Assembly: GCA_021739625.1 (NCBI GenBank)
Contig: JAIPBJ010000001.1
Span: 2,553-66,552 of the forward strand
From: Flavobacteriales bacterium
Lineage (GTDB): Bacteria; Bacteroidota; Bacteroidia; UBA10329
Reading direction: 5' to 3'
Length of the DNA stretch: 64,000 nucleotides
Shown: positions 47,140-56,926 of the stretch, in pieces
Layout: every line of letters begins with the position of its first letter
Position numbering within the stretch: the stretch's first letter is position 1
Program-made: the position numbers and the translations under genes
Notes under the pieces: model-generated
What the model saw: the letters and a program-made list of their open reading frames with translations, nothing else
Databases searched by the model: none
Told to the model about the DNA's origin: nothing

Positions 47140-48225
47140 ATGTTCCCAACAGTCGCCAATAGGTCGTATCGGCTCGCCCTACCTTTGGCACGCATGGCGG
47201 GTTTCAGGGCACGGGCTTTCGATCTGTTGGGGGGAATGGCGCAGTTGCTGCCGATCGGCCTGCTGCGCTCCATCAGTCGGCAAGGTCTGGTGATGCCCGT
47301 CTATCATCTCGTGTCAGACGTTCCTGTGGACCATGTGCGCCACCTGTATCCCATAAGGACCACAAGTGAATTCGGGGCCGACCTCGATTTCCTACTGCGT
47401 CATTTCACGCCTGTCGATTTGCATCAGATCATTGCATCTGCCACGGATGGAAGACCATTGCCCAAGAATGCTTTCTTCCTCTCGTTCGATGACGGCCTGC
47501 GCGAGTTCCATGATGTGATTGCTCCCATACTTCTGCGGAAAGGCGTGCCCGCCACCTGTTTCCTCAACAGCGATTTCATTGACAACCGTGGTCTGATGTT
47601 CCGCTACAAGGTGAGTCTTGCACTCAACGCTCTCGGCAGCGACCCCGCGCTGTCCCGGGCAACAGCAGTTGCAGAATGGTCGGAGACCCACGGCCACAGT
47701 GGTGTGTTGGCCCAGGCGCTGCCCACTTTGCGGCACGGGGCCGATGCTGCATTGGACGAACTGATGCCGCTGTTGGGAATCGACATTGCCGCGTTCCTTA
47801 GCGGGCAACGGCCCTATCTCACATCGCAGCAGATAAGTTCACTGATCCATCGGGGATTCCATTTCGGGGCGCACAGCATCGACCATCCCGAATACCGTTT
47901 CCTGAGTATGGACGAACAGCTGCACCAGACCCTCGGCAGCATGGACGCCATCCGGCAGCAGTTCGGGCTGGATTATCGGGCCTTCGCGTTCCCCTTCACC
48001 GATTTCGGAGTGACTGACGCTTTCTTCCAAAAGGTCTTTTCGGGAGATGATGCGATGGATGTGACCTTCGGCTGTGCGGGGCTGAAGCGTGAACCGGTGG
48101 CCCGCCATTTCCAGCGCATCCCCATCGAGCAGGAGGGCCAGAGTGCCGAGCGCACCATCCGCACCGAATATCTTTACCATCTGCTGAAGGCTCCGTTGGG
48201 CCGTCACATCACACGCAGAAGCTGA
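47140..48225 (+). CDS. Polysaccharide deacetylase (CE4-like)
   Basis: PVYH, LSFDDG, ATCF, FGAHSIDH, FAFPF. The true start may be 47173 or later. Confidence 0.85.
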   Translation: MFPTVANRSYRLALPLARMAGFRARAFDLLGGMAQLLPIGLLRSISRQGLVMPVYHLVSDVPVDHVRHLYPIRTTSEFGADLDFLLRHFTPVDLHQIIASATDGRPLPKNAFFLSFDDGLREFHDVIAPILLRKGVPATCFLNSDFIDNRGLMFRYKVSLALNALGSDPALSRATAVAEWSETHGHSGVLAQALPTLRHGADAALDELMPLLGIDIAAFLSGQRPYLTSQQISSLIHRGFHFGAHSIDHPEYRFLSMDEQLHQTLGSMDAIRQQFGLDYRAFAFPFTDFGVTDAFFQKVFSGDDAMDVTFGCAGLKREPVARHFQRIPIEQEGQSAERTIRTEYLYHLLKAPLGRHITRRS

Positions 48226-49319
48226 TGGAGATCCGCACCCTGAATAGGCAACAGTTGGAGGCATTCGTCCACGGCCCTGCCTTTGAGCGGCTGCCGTTCA
48301 TCCCCATCAGCCGCCACAGGGCGCTGTCGCACATTGCCAATCCGCGCGCAACTGACGGGGACGTACTCCTGCTGTTGGCCTACGATGGCGATACGATGGT
48401 GGGTTATCTCGGTGTGCTGCCCGATCGGCTGCATCGCGATGGTCGCATCCAACGCTGCGGCTGGCTCAGCTGCATGTGGGTCGATGATGCGCAGCGTGGA
48501 AAAGGAATAGCAAAGAAGCTGCTCCAACGTGCTTTCGAGGCGTGGGACGACCGCATCCTCGTCACCGAATTCACCCCGGCCGCCAAGGTGCTTTACGACC
48601 GTTCGGGCATCTTCCGCGCATTGGCCGACCCGGCCGGGCTTAGGCTTTACATACGCTCCGACCTTGCCACACTTCTGCCGCCTAAGCGGGAGTTCTTCAA
48701 GAGGAACATTCCGATACTGAACGCGATTGACCGCATCGCCAATGCTGCGCTGGACCTTAGGCTTCCAAAACCTCGAATGCCAGAAGGTATCACGTTGGAA
48801 AGGGTTGAGGACGTTGATAACGAGGCGATAACCTTCATCGAGAGCCATCGAACAGATGAATTGCTGAACCGGGGCCGGGCCGAAATCAACTGGATGCTGC
48901 GCAACCCTTGGCTCATCTCGGCTCCTGTGGTGGACGCACTCAATGCCCGCTATCACTTCTCGGCCGTGGCGCGGTGTTTCGCCTACCACACCATCAAAGT
49001 GCGCGATGCGGAGGGCCGACTGCGTGCGCTCCTGATACTTTCCCAACGCGACAATTCGTTGAAGCTGCCCTATCTCTATCACGATGGCGACCTCGCTCTG
49101 GTCTGGGCCGTGGTGCGCCACGAGCTGCTGCGGCTCCGCTCCGCCACGTTCACCGTTTTTCATGCCGACCTGCGCGCGTTCATCCGTCAGCACGATGACC
49201 TGTCACTGAGACAACGGCCATTGCAGCGGCACTACATCGTCTCAAAGGTGTTCAACAATTTTCTGGGAGACAGCACATTCACCATTCAGGACGGGGATGC
49301 CGACTGTGCGTTCACTTGA
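48225..49319 (+). CDS. GNAT family N-acetyltransferase
   Basis: Acetyl-CoA motif 'MWVDDAQRGKGIAKKLL'; 1-bp overlap with the deacetylase gene. Confidence 0.8.
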   Translation: MEIRTLNRQQLEAFVHGPAFERLPFIPISRHRALSHIANPRATDGDVLLLLAYDGDTMVGYLGVLPDRLHRDGRIQRCGWLSCMWVDDAQRGKGIAKKLLQRAFEAWDDRILVTEFTPAAKVLYDRSGIFRALADPAGLRLYIRSDLATLLPPKREFFKRNIPILNAIDRIANAALDLRLPKPRMPEGITLERVEDVDNEAITFIESHRTDELLNRGRAEINWMLRNPWLISAPVVDALNARYHFSAVARCFAYHTIKVRDAEGRLRALLILSQRDNSLKLPYLYHDGDLALVWAVVRHELLRLRSATFTVFHADLRAFIRQHDDLSLRQRPLQRHYIVSKVFNNFLGDSTFTIQDGDADCAFT

Positions 49320-51828
49320 ACCTCTCTTACAGCGGATGACACGCAAGGCCCTTATCCTGCTTGTGACGGTGCTGTCAATTGGCACGGGTCACGATGCGTT
49401 CGCACAGCGCACCCGCATCCTCGGCTCGGTGGCCAATGCGGTCACGGGCCGGCCGCTGCCTTTCGCCAATGTGAGTTTCAGCAGCAGCAGCTTGGGCACT
49501 GTCACCGATTCGCTCGGCAACTTTGTGCTGGAGACCAACCGCAGGTTCGATTCCCTGCGGGTGTCATCCATCGGCTATCGCACCGAGGTGGTGCCCGTGG
49601 TGCATGGCGTCACCGAGGAGATCGACTTCCTGCTCCAACCATTGTTCTATGAGTTGAGCGAGGTTATCGTGCTGCCGGGCGAGAACCCCGCCTTCCGGAT
49701 CCTACGCAAGGTCATCGCCAACAAGCCCATCAATACCCCCGAACGGCTCGATGCCTACGAGTATGGCGTGTATCACCGCGTGCGCTTCGACCTCAACAAC
49801 TTCACTGAGAAGGCGAAAAAGAACTTCATCCTCCGCCCGTTCGACTACATCTGGGACCATGCCGACACCACCGAAGCTGGCGTGGCCTATCTGCCTATCC
49901 TCATGACCGAGACCAGCCGCGAGGTCTTTTACCGCAAGGACCCGCAGGCCCGCATGGAGGTCATCCGTGGCCGCAGGGACTACAAGTTCTTCCGCGCACC
50001 ACGCATCATGGAGTTCGTGCAGGACATGTACATCGACCCCAACATCTACGACAACCATGTGGTCATCCTCGACAAGAGTTTCCCCAGTCCCATCAACGAT
50101 TTCTACAGACGCAACTACCGCTTTGTGCTGATGGACAGCCTCGTGCAGGTCGATGGCCGCTCGTGCTATCACATCGCATTCCGCCCAAAGGGCAAGAGCG
50201 ATGTGGCCTTCACGGGCGGAATGTTCATTGACGACAGCACATTCGCGGTGGTGCAGGTGGATGTCGAGTTCAGCATCGAGGCCAACATCAACTTCGTGCG
50301 CAATTATTGGATCCGGCAGAACTATTCACTTGTTGAGGGAAAACAGTGGTTCCTCACACGCAGTCAGGTCTTGGGCGATTTCACCGTGGTGGAGAACTCC
50401 AAAGAGATGACGGGCTTCTTCGGGCGCAAGACCACCGAGCTGCGCGACATCAGGATGAACCGGCCCCGCGAGGACGGATTCTATTCCACCCTCGACCCCG
50501 TGGTGGAGCAGGACAGCGCCTACACCCGTACCGATGGTTTCTGGGAAATGGAGCGGCCCGACACCCTTTCGCAGAAGGAGCAGGAACTCATCGGCATGGT
50601 CGAGCGCCTCAACAGCGACCCGAAGTGGAAGCGCACCGAGGCCATCATACGTCTTGTGGCGGAAGGCTATCTTGAGCTTGGCCCCATCGACCTCGGCAAC
50701 GTGTTCACCTTCTACAGTTGGAACACCGTGGAGGGCCACCGCGCAAAGCTCGGATTCCGCACCAACAGGCGGTTCAGCGAGACCGTGCAACTGAGCGGCC
50801 ATGCGGCCTACGGCTTCGGTGACCAACGATGGAAAGGAGGCGGCACCATCGACTTCTTCTTTCCCGAAAAACTGAACAGACGCATGGAATTCGGGGCCAG
50901 CTACCGCAACGACCTGATGCAGCAGGGCAGGGGAGAGGGCCAGCTTCCGCTCGACCATGTGCTCACCTCGTTCGTGCGCATCAGCGGGGCATTCAAACGG
51001 ATGATGGCCGAGCAGACCGAGGCCCATGCCGAGCGGCAGTGGTTCACGGGGTTCAGCACGCGGGTCGGGATGTTCCGTGAACGATACAGCCCGCTGGAGC
51101 GCGATTTCAGTGTGATGGCTGCTGACGGCAGCACTGTGCCCGCAGCGCATTTCACCGCATCGGGTCTGCGCGTGGGCCTGCGTTTCGGTTGGGGGCAGAA
51201 ACTGTTGCCTGCGGCCTACAACGCTGTGGACAGCGGGCTTTTCGCCCAGCGGTTGCCAGTGGTGGCGTTTGAGGTGGCGGCAGGGTTCCGTGGGCTTTAT
51301 GGCGGGCAGTTCGACTACCAGCACCTGCGGCTCAAAGTGCAGCACCGCCAGCGCGCCAACAAGCTCGGCTATCTGCAGATACTGGCCGAGGGCGGCATCA
51401 TCAACGGCACCGTGCCCTTCCCGCTCTTGCACGCCCCCGCAGCCAACCCGCTCGTGTTCAATGACGACCGTTCGTTCAACCTCATGAACTATATGGAGTT
51501 CGCTGCCGACCGCTATGTGTCGCTGCAGGTGGAGCACCACTTCGAGGGGTTCTTCTTCAACAGGATACCCGGTGTGCGGCTGCTCAAGCTACGCGAGTTC
51601 GTCTTTGCCAAGGCGTTCTACGGCACGCTGACAGACCAGAATGCCAATGGCCCGTTCGTGCTGGCCGATGGCATCGACCCGATGACACATCCGTACGTGG
51701 AGGTCGGTTTCGGCATAGAGAACATCCTCAAGATCGCCCGCATCGACTTCACTTGGCGGCTCACCCACCTCGATAGGCCGAATGTGCTGCCTTTCGTGGT
51801 GAAGCCGAGTTTTTACTTTCGGTTCTGA
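49297..51828 (+). CDS. DUF5686 family outer-membrane protein with N-terminal carboxypeptidase-regulatory-like domain
   Basis: 'GSV...TGRPLPFANV...GTVTD..GNF', 'SPI', 'YNxVEG'-like WNTVEG, C-terminal 'YVEVGFGIENILK..RIDF', terminal Phe. Confidence 0.85.
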   Translation: MPTVRSLEPLLQRMTRKALILLVTVLSIGTGHDAFAQRTRILGSVANAVTGRPLPFANVSFSSSSLGTVTDSLGNFVLETNRRFDSLRVSSIGYRTEVVPVVHGVTEEIDFLLQPLFYELSEVIVLPGENPAFRILRKVIANKPINTPERLDAYEYGVYHRVRFDLNNFTEKAKKNFILRPFDYIWDHADTTEAGVAYLPILMTETSREVFYRKDPQARMEVIRGRRDYKFFRAPRIMEFVQDMYIDPNIYDNHVVILDKSFPSPINDFYRRNYRFVLMDSLVQVDGRSCYHIAFRPKGKSDVAFTGGMFIDDSTFAVVQVDVEFSIEANINFVRNYWIRQNYSLVEGKQWFLTRSQVLGDFTVVENSKEMTGFFGRKTTELRDIRMNRPREDGFYSTLDPVVEQDSAYTRTDGFWEMERPDTLSQKEQELIGMVERLNSDPKWKRTEAIIRLVAEGYLELGPIDLGNVFTFYSWNTVEGHRAKLGFRTNRRFSETVQLSGHAAYGFGDQRWKGGGTIDFFFPEKLNRRMEFGASYRNDLMQQGRGEGQLPLDHVLTSFVRISGAFKRMMAEQTEAHAERQWFTGFSTRVGMFRERYSPLERDFSVMAADGSTVPAAHFTASGLRVGLRFGWGQKLLPAAYNAVDSGLFAQRLPVVAFEVAAGFRGLYGGQFDYQHLRLKVQHRQRANKLGYLQILAEGGIINGTVPFPLLHAPAANPLVFNDDRSFNLMNYMEFAADRYVSLQVEHHFEGFFFNRIPGVRLLKLREFVFAKAFYGTLTDQNANGPFVLADGIDPMTHPYVEVGFGIENILKIARIDFTWRLTHLDRPNVLPFVVKPSFYFRF

Positions 51829-51839
51829 ACTTCATGGTC

Positions 51840-52290
51840 CTGTCGGAAGGAAGGCTGACACAGCGGAGCAACTGCTTTGCCCCGATGGGAGAACTCCGAT
51901 CACAGCGGAGCAACTGCTTTGCCCCGATGGGAGAACTCCGATCACAACGGAGCAACTGCTTTGCCACGATGGGAGAACTCCGATCACAGCGGAGCAACTG
52001 CTTTGCCCCGATGGGAGAACTCCGATCACAGCGGAGCAACTGCTTTGCCCCGATGGGAGAACTCCGATCACAACGGAGCAACTGCTTTGCCCCGATGGGA
52101 GAACTCCGATCACAACGGAGCAACTGCTTTGCCCCGATGGGAGAACTCCGATCGCAACGGAGCAACTGTTTTGCCCCGATGGGAGAACTCCGAACGCAAC
52201 GGAGCAACTGCTTTGCCCCGATGGGAGAACTCCGATCACAACGGAGCAACTGCTTTGCCCTGTCGGAGGCCCGTCCGACACAGCGGAGCA
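51840..52290. repeat. Tandem array of ten 42-bp units with diverged terminal blocks
   Basis: Unit CARCGGAGCAACTGCTTTGCCCCGATGGGAGAACTCCGATCA x9 (51861-52238), a tenth unit with a different second half, and partial units at both ends. Confidence 0.95.
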
Positions 52291-52453
52291 TATTTTTTTA
52301 GGTTCGCCCGCATCTGTTGCACATTGCAATTCAGTGACAGTGTAGCGTTCTTCGGGCTGAAACCGAGTGTTTACTTCAAGTGCTGACGCTTGCTCGGCCG
52401 GTGAGAAAGGAAGGGGCCGTGGCGTGAATGCGCATCCATTACCTTCGCCCGCC

Positions 52454-53092
52454 ATGCACGTGATTCTGCCCTCGGCCTATTTTCCGCCCGTCAGCTATTT
52501 CGCCTATCTGCTCTCGCCTGCCGTGACCAAGGTGACCATGGAGGCGAAGGAGCATTTCGTGAAACAGAGCATCCGCAGCCGTTGCATAGTGGCCGATCCG
52601 CATGGGAAGCTCACGCTCTTCGTACCGAAGGAGAAGACGGGGAACCGCTCGGTGATGGACGAGGTGCGCACCGTGGAGGAGGCCCATTGGCGCAGGACGC
52701 ATTGGCGCAGCATTGCAGATTCCTATCGCAGTTCGCCCTATTTCGAGTATTATGAGGACGACTTCGAACCGTTCTTCAGGGAGCACGAGGACCGCATCCT
52801 CAACATCGGTCAGCGAAGCATTGCCAAGGTCTGCGAACTCCTTCGGATTCCTTTGCAGGTAGAATTGACCACCGGTTTCTGGGAAGGTGATGATGCACTC
52901 GACCTGCGAAGTGCGTGGAACAACAAGGACTATCGGGAGCGCCCGCCCGTGGTGCATTTCCCGGAATACACGCAAGTGTTCTCCGACCGCAACGGGTTTC
53001 TGCCCGACCTGAGCATCCTCGATCTCCTGTTCTGCAACGGCCCTAAAAGTCTGGACTACCTCAAAGCACTGGAATTGCGGGGCATGGAATGA
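52454..53092 (+). CDS. WbqC family protein
   Basis: AYFPPVSYF, EHFVKQSIRSRC, HWRSI..SY.SSPYFEYY, YTQVF, DLSILDLLFCNGP. Confidence 0.88.
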   Translation: MHVILPSAYFPPVSYFAYLLSPAVTKVTMEAKEHFVKQSIRSRCIVADPHGKLTLFVPKEKTGNRSVMDEVRTVEEAHWRRTHWRSIADSYRSSPYFEYYEDDFEPFFREHEDRILNIGQRSIAKVCELLRIPLQVELTTGFWEGDDALDLRSAWNNKDYRERPPVVHFPEYTQVFSDRNGFLPDLSILDLLFCNGPKSLDYLKALELRGME

Positions 53093-53095
53093 CCG

Positions 53096-56000
53096 CTATC
53101 TCACCAGGATCACCTGTCCGGTGCGCTGCCCTTCGTCTCCATTGATGTCGGTCCAGTCGATACGATAGACATAGACCCCGCTCTCGACCTGTGCGCCCTT
53201 GTAGCTTCCGTCCCAACCCTCGTCCATGTCGGCCGTCTGGAAGATCTGTTCGCCCCATCGGTCGAAAATGAGCATCCCGAACGCAACGATGTTCTCACCG
53301 TAGGCGGTGAAGCGCTCATTGTGGGCGTTGTTGTCGGGCGTGAAGGCATTGGGAATATAGATGCTCACGTGCGGGGTGATGATGACCTCGTAACTGATGG
53401 TGTCCGTGCAGCCGAACTCATTGACCACCATCAGCCTCACGGTGTAGGTGCCTGTGTCGATGGCGCTCGGATACGTATAGGTGGGCGAAGGGGTCTGTGT
53501 GCCCAACGTGGCCCCGTCACCGAAGGCCCAATGCCATTCCACTGCTCCGGTGGACATGTCGGTGAACTCGAATCTGGGGTTGAGCGCACTGGCCGTGGTA
53601 GGATTCACTCCAAAGAAGGCCGTAGGCAACGGATGCACAGTGATGAGGTCGGGCATCACGAGTTCGGCCACACAGCCCTGATTGGAAGTGGCGGTCAGCC
53701 CGATGGTATAGACCCCTTCGTCAGGATAACAGTGCGAGGGCGAATGTGCAGTGATGATATTCCCGTCTCCCATATCCCATGAATAGGAATTCATGCTTCC
53801 CGATGCGATGGTGGTAAGGTTGTTCATCTGCACACAATGGGTGCGGCAGCCTTCCACGGGCCCGGCAACGAAATCGACCACAGGGTTGGGATGGACGGTC
53901 ACAGTGGCCACGGCATCGTCCGTGCAGCCCAGCGTGGTGCCAACGACCGTGTAAACGGTTGTCGTGGTCGGGTTGGCCGTTACGGATGTCCCTGTCGGGC
54001 TGCTCAGGTCGGTGGCAGGTGTCCAAGCGTAGGTGTCGGCACCACTTGCAACCAGTGTGGTTGAATCGCCATCGCAATAGCTTGTGGCCGAAGGTGTCAC
54101 ATTGACGGTCGGGGTCTGGTTCACCGTCACTGTCACATCTTCCGAAGATGAGCAGTTGAGGCTTGTGCCAGTCACGGTGTAAGTGACGGTGGTCATGGGC
54201 GATACGAGCACGGCCGCACCCGTGGTGGCACTGAGTCCGGTGGCCGGAGACCAGACATAGCTGTTGGCACCGTTGGCTGTGAGCGGAGCCGAGGTGCCGC
54301 TACAGATAGTGGTGTCGTTGCTCAGAATGACAACCGGAATCGGGTTGACCGTCAGTACCAGTGTGGCAGTGTCGTTGCATCCGAGGCTGCTGCCCACCAC
54401 CTCGTAGGTGGTGCTGACGACAGGGTCGGCAATCACCGTGGCATCTGTGGTGGTGCTAATGCCCAATGCTGGCGACCACACATAGCTGTCGGCCCCGCTG
54501 GCAGTGAAATCCTTGTTCTCGCCCACGCACATGGTGAACGAGGCGGGCGAGATGCTCACGCTCGGATAAGGGTTTACGGTGATGGTGACCGTGCGCGTGG
54601 TGGTGCATCCCAACCCTGTGCCCACCACGGTGTAGGTGGTGGTGGAAGCTGGTGTGGCGACAACAGAGGCGGTGTTGGTGGCGCTCAGGCCCGTTCCAGG
54701 ACTCCACGCGTAGGTGTCGGCCCCGCCCGTGGTCAGCGTCACGGGATTGCCCTCACACACGGTGGTGTCGTTGCTCATGGGCATGGTGGGCGATGGATTC
54801 ACGGTGATGTCGAAAGTGGCATCGCTGCTGCATCCGAGCGAAGTGCCCGTGACCGTGTAGGTGGTGCTTGCAAGCGGTGCCGCATCCACGGTGGTGCCGG
54901 TGGTGGCGCTCAGCCCTGTGGCTGGCGACCATGCATAGGTGGTGGCCCCTCCGGCCGTGAATGTGGTGGCTGTTCCAGCGCACACAGTGGCCGTGGTCGG
55001 ACTCACGGTGACCACAGGGAACGGGTTGACCGTCACCGTCACATCATCGGTGCCGGTGCATCCTGCCGATGTTCCGGTGACCGTATAGGTCGTGGTCGCT
55101 GCCGGAGTAGCCGTGACGGATGCTCCCGTGGTGGCACTCAGTCCGGTGGGTGGGTCCCAGCTGTAGGTCGTTGCGCCCGATGCGCTCAGCGGGGTGCTTC
55201 CCCCTTCACAGACGGCCACATCTGTTCCCGCATCGATCACCGGTAGGGCATTGACCACCACCGATGTGGTGGTGACTGAGGAAACGCAGGAGCCCAGGGC
55301 CACTTCCAGTGTGATGTTCTTGGTGCCCGGAGTGGCCCAGTCGATCTCGTAAGGCCCTTGACCGGATCCCGACACCACGGTTCCTCCGTCAAAATCCCAA
55401 GTGTAATTCGAATTGGCCGGAGCGTTGCCAGTATAGGTGACTGTCGAGGTCTGGTTCAGACAGATGGGAGATGTGGTGGTGAAAGGCGATGTAGGCACCG
55501 AGAGGACGGTCACATCTATGGTCGTGTCGGCCAGACAGGGAGGCCATGCCACCCCGAGCCGAACCGGATAGGTGCCAGTTGCAGGGAAGGTGTAGGATGG
55601 ATTCTGCGTCATGTCATCGGGCGTGCCATTGTTGTCGAAGTCCCATGCCCAATTGGTGATCTGACCAGCAGGTGAGGATGCATCGGTGAACACGATCGGG
55701 TCTCCGGCACAGGCGGGCGTATAGGTGAAATTGGCGGTAGGATTGCTGGGGCTGGGCGGGATCACCGTGTCGAGAGAGAAAGTGCAGGGCGTGACACCGA
55801 AGGTGGTCATGGTCACTGTGTAGGGGCCGGGCGCGTTGATGGTCACCTGCTCAGCGTTTCCGCCCGACACGACTCCCGGACCTGCCCAACTGTAGGTGGC
55901 AGCACCGGTCGGTGCGTTCAACGTGATGTTCTGCCCTCCGCACACGTTGGGTGCCGATGAGATGATCTGCAAAGGTTGGCAGGACGCATCGATATAAGCG

Positions 56001-56752
56001 TAGGCGAAGTGACTTCCGCCTCCGGCATCGCAGTCGCGGGTGATGAATTCGATGCGCACCGTCTGGCCGATATAGTTGTTAAGTGGAATGAAAACAGGAG
56101 TCCAAGGATTGTAAAGAATACCTCCGACAGCCACAAAACCACCTATACCAGCGGCAGTCGAGGCATCTACATCGAACGAGGCGCAGTTGATGACGTTGTT
56201 GCTGCCGTCATACATCCTTATCTGGAAAAAAGGCTGTTCACCGGACGGATGCCCACCATCGTTCAGAACGGCCGCATAGTGATAGGTGAAGTTGCTATTG
56301 GCGTTTGTGACCGTGAAGGTGGTGCTGATGGTCTCTCCACCGTCCTCGGCCTGTGCATTTCCAAGTCTGAGGGAATACGCTCCACCACCGGGATACACCA
56401 CTGGCAGTGTGGTGCCGCCCACGATAGGGTCGAATCCTCCGGTCATGATGAAGTGATTCATTTCGGGCCCTGCATTGGCGGCCTGATTGTTGGCACCCTG
56501 ATTCAGACCATTGTACTGGTAGGGGTCGGGTGCAGTGACACCCACGCACAGCCCGAACAGCGTGCCCCCGTTGCACACACCGTCACCCCAGGTGCCGGTC
56601 CATCCTGTGAGCGTGCCTGTCTCCAGATCGACATTGCCGCAGCTCTGTGCGCGGGTCTCGGAAGCAAGTATCGTCAGCAGTGCCATAAGGGACAGGGCCG
56701 TCAGTGCGCTCATCGCCCGCTCACGTCCGGCTCTCAAAATGATATTGATCAT
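53096..56752 (-). CDS. Large PKD/Ig-repeat surface protein with T9SS type B CTD
   Basis: Signal peptide; PKD motifs (WDFD, WDMGDG, WAFGDG); six tandem 'GA.TY.WSPATGLSATTG..V...P..TTTYTV.GT..GC' modules; CTD 'IPNAFTPD...IFDRWGE...GWDG...GVYVY'. Confidence 0.88.
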   Translation of the reverse strand: MINIILRAGRERAMSALTALSLMALLTILASETRAQSCGNVDLETGTLTGWTGTWGDGVCNGGTLFGLCVGVTAPDPYQYNGLNQGANNQAANAGPEMNHFIMTGGFDPIVGGTTLPVVYPGGGAYSLRLGNAQAEDGGETISTTFTVTNANSNFTYHYAAVLNDGGHPSGEQPFFQIRMYDGSNNVINCASFDVDASTAAGIGGFVAVGGILYNPWTPVFIPLNNYIGQTVRIEFITRDCDAGGGSHFAYAYIDASCQPLQIISSAPNVCGGQNITLNAPTGAATYSWAGPGVVSGGNAEQVTINAPGPYTVTMTTFGVTPCTFSLDTVIPPSPSNPTANFTYTPACAGDPIVFTDASSPAGQITNWAWDFDNNGTPDDMTQNPSYTFPATGTYPVRLGVAWPPCLADTTIDVTVLSVPTSPFTTTSPICLNQTSTVTYTGNAPANSNYTWDFDGGTVVSGSGQGPYEIDWATPGTKNITLEVALGSCVSSVTTTSVVVNALPVIDAGTDVAVCEGGSTPLSASGATTYSWDPPTGLSATTGASVTATPAATTTYTVTGTSAGCTGTDDVTVTVNPFPVVTVSPTTATVCAGTATTFTAGGATTYAWSPATGLSATTGTTVDAAPLASTTYTVTGTSLGCSSDATFDITVNPSPTMPMSNDTTVCEGNPVTLTTGGADTYAWSPGTGLSATNTASVVATPASTTTYTVVGTGLGCTTTRTVTITVNPYPSVSISPASFTMCVGENKDFTASGADSYVWSPALGISTTTDATVIADPVVSTTYEVVGSSLGCNDTATLVLTVNPIPVVILSNDTTICSGTSAPLTANGANSYVWSPATGLSATTGAAVLVSPMTTVTYTVTGTSLNCSSSEDVTVTVNQTPTVNVTPSATSYCDGDSTTLVASGADTYAWTPATDLSSPTGTSVTANPTTTTVYTVVGTTLGCTDDAVATVTVHPNPVVDFVAGPVEGCRTHCVQMNNLTTIASGSMNSYSWDMGDGNIITAHSPSHCYPDEGVYTIGLTATSNQGCVAELVMPDLITVHPLPTAFFGVNPTTASALNPRFEFTDMSTGAVEWHWAFGDGATLGTQTPSPTYTYPSAIDTGTYTVRLMVVNEFGCTDTISYEVIITPHVSIYIPNAFTPDNNAHNERFTAYGENIVAFGMLIFDRWGEQIFQTADMDEGWDGSYKGAQVESGVYVYRIDWTDINGDEGQRTGQVILVR

Positions 56753-56898
56753 GTATGTCTGAAGTAAGGGTGCAAAGTAATCAGCCCACAAAGAAATCAT
56801 TGCCGACAGTGACTAAGACTTGATCATGATGGGAAGTTGCCTTGACACCGGTCCGATTCCGACCGATGTCATGCATCGCGCGGCCACATTGCTTCGGC

Positions 56899-56906
56899 TA
56901 CCTTTG
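56899..56906 (+). promoter_or_regulatory. -7 promoter element (TACCTTTG) of ychF
   Basis: TAnnTTTG 20 bp upstream of the ATG, followed by an A-rich leader. Confidence 0.6.
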
Positions 56907-56926
56907 CGCTCCTCAAAAAAACAAGT

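Noticed and set aside
51840-52290. CRISPR array
   Set aside because: Nine of the eleven intervening segments are near-identical and only 18 nt long, and there are no cas genes in the window. Reported as a tandem array instead.
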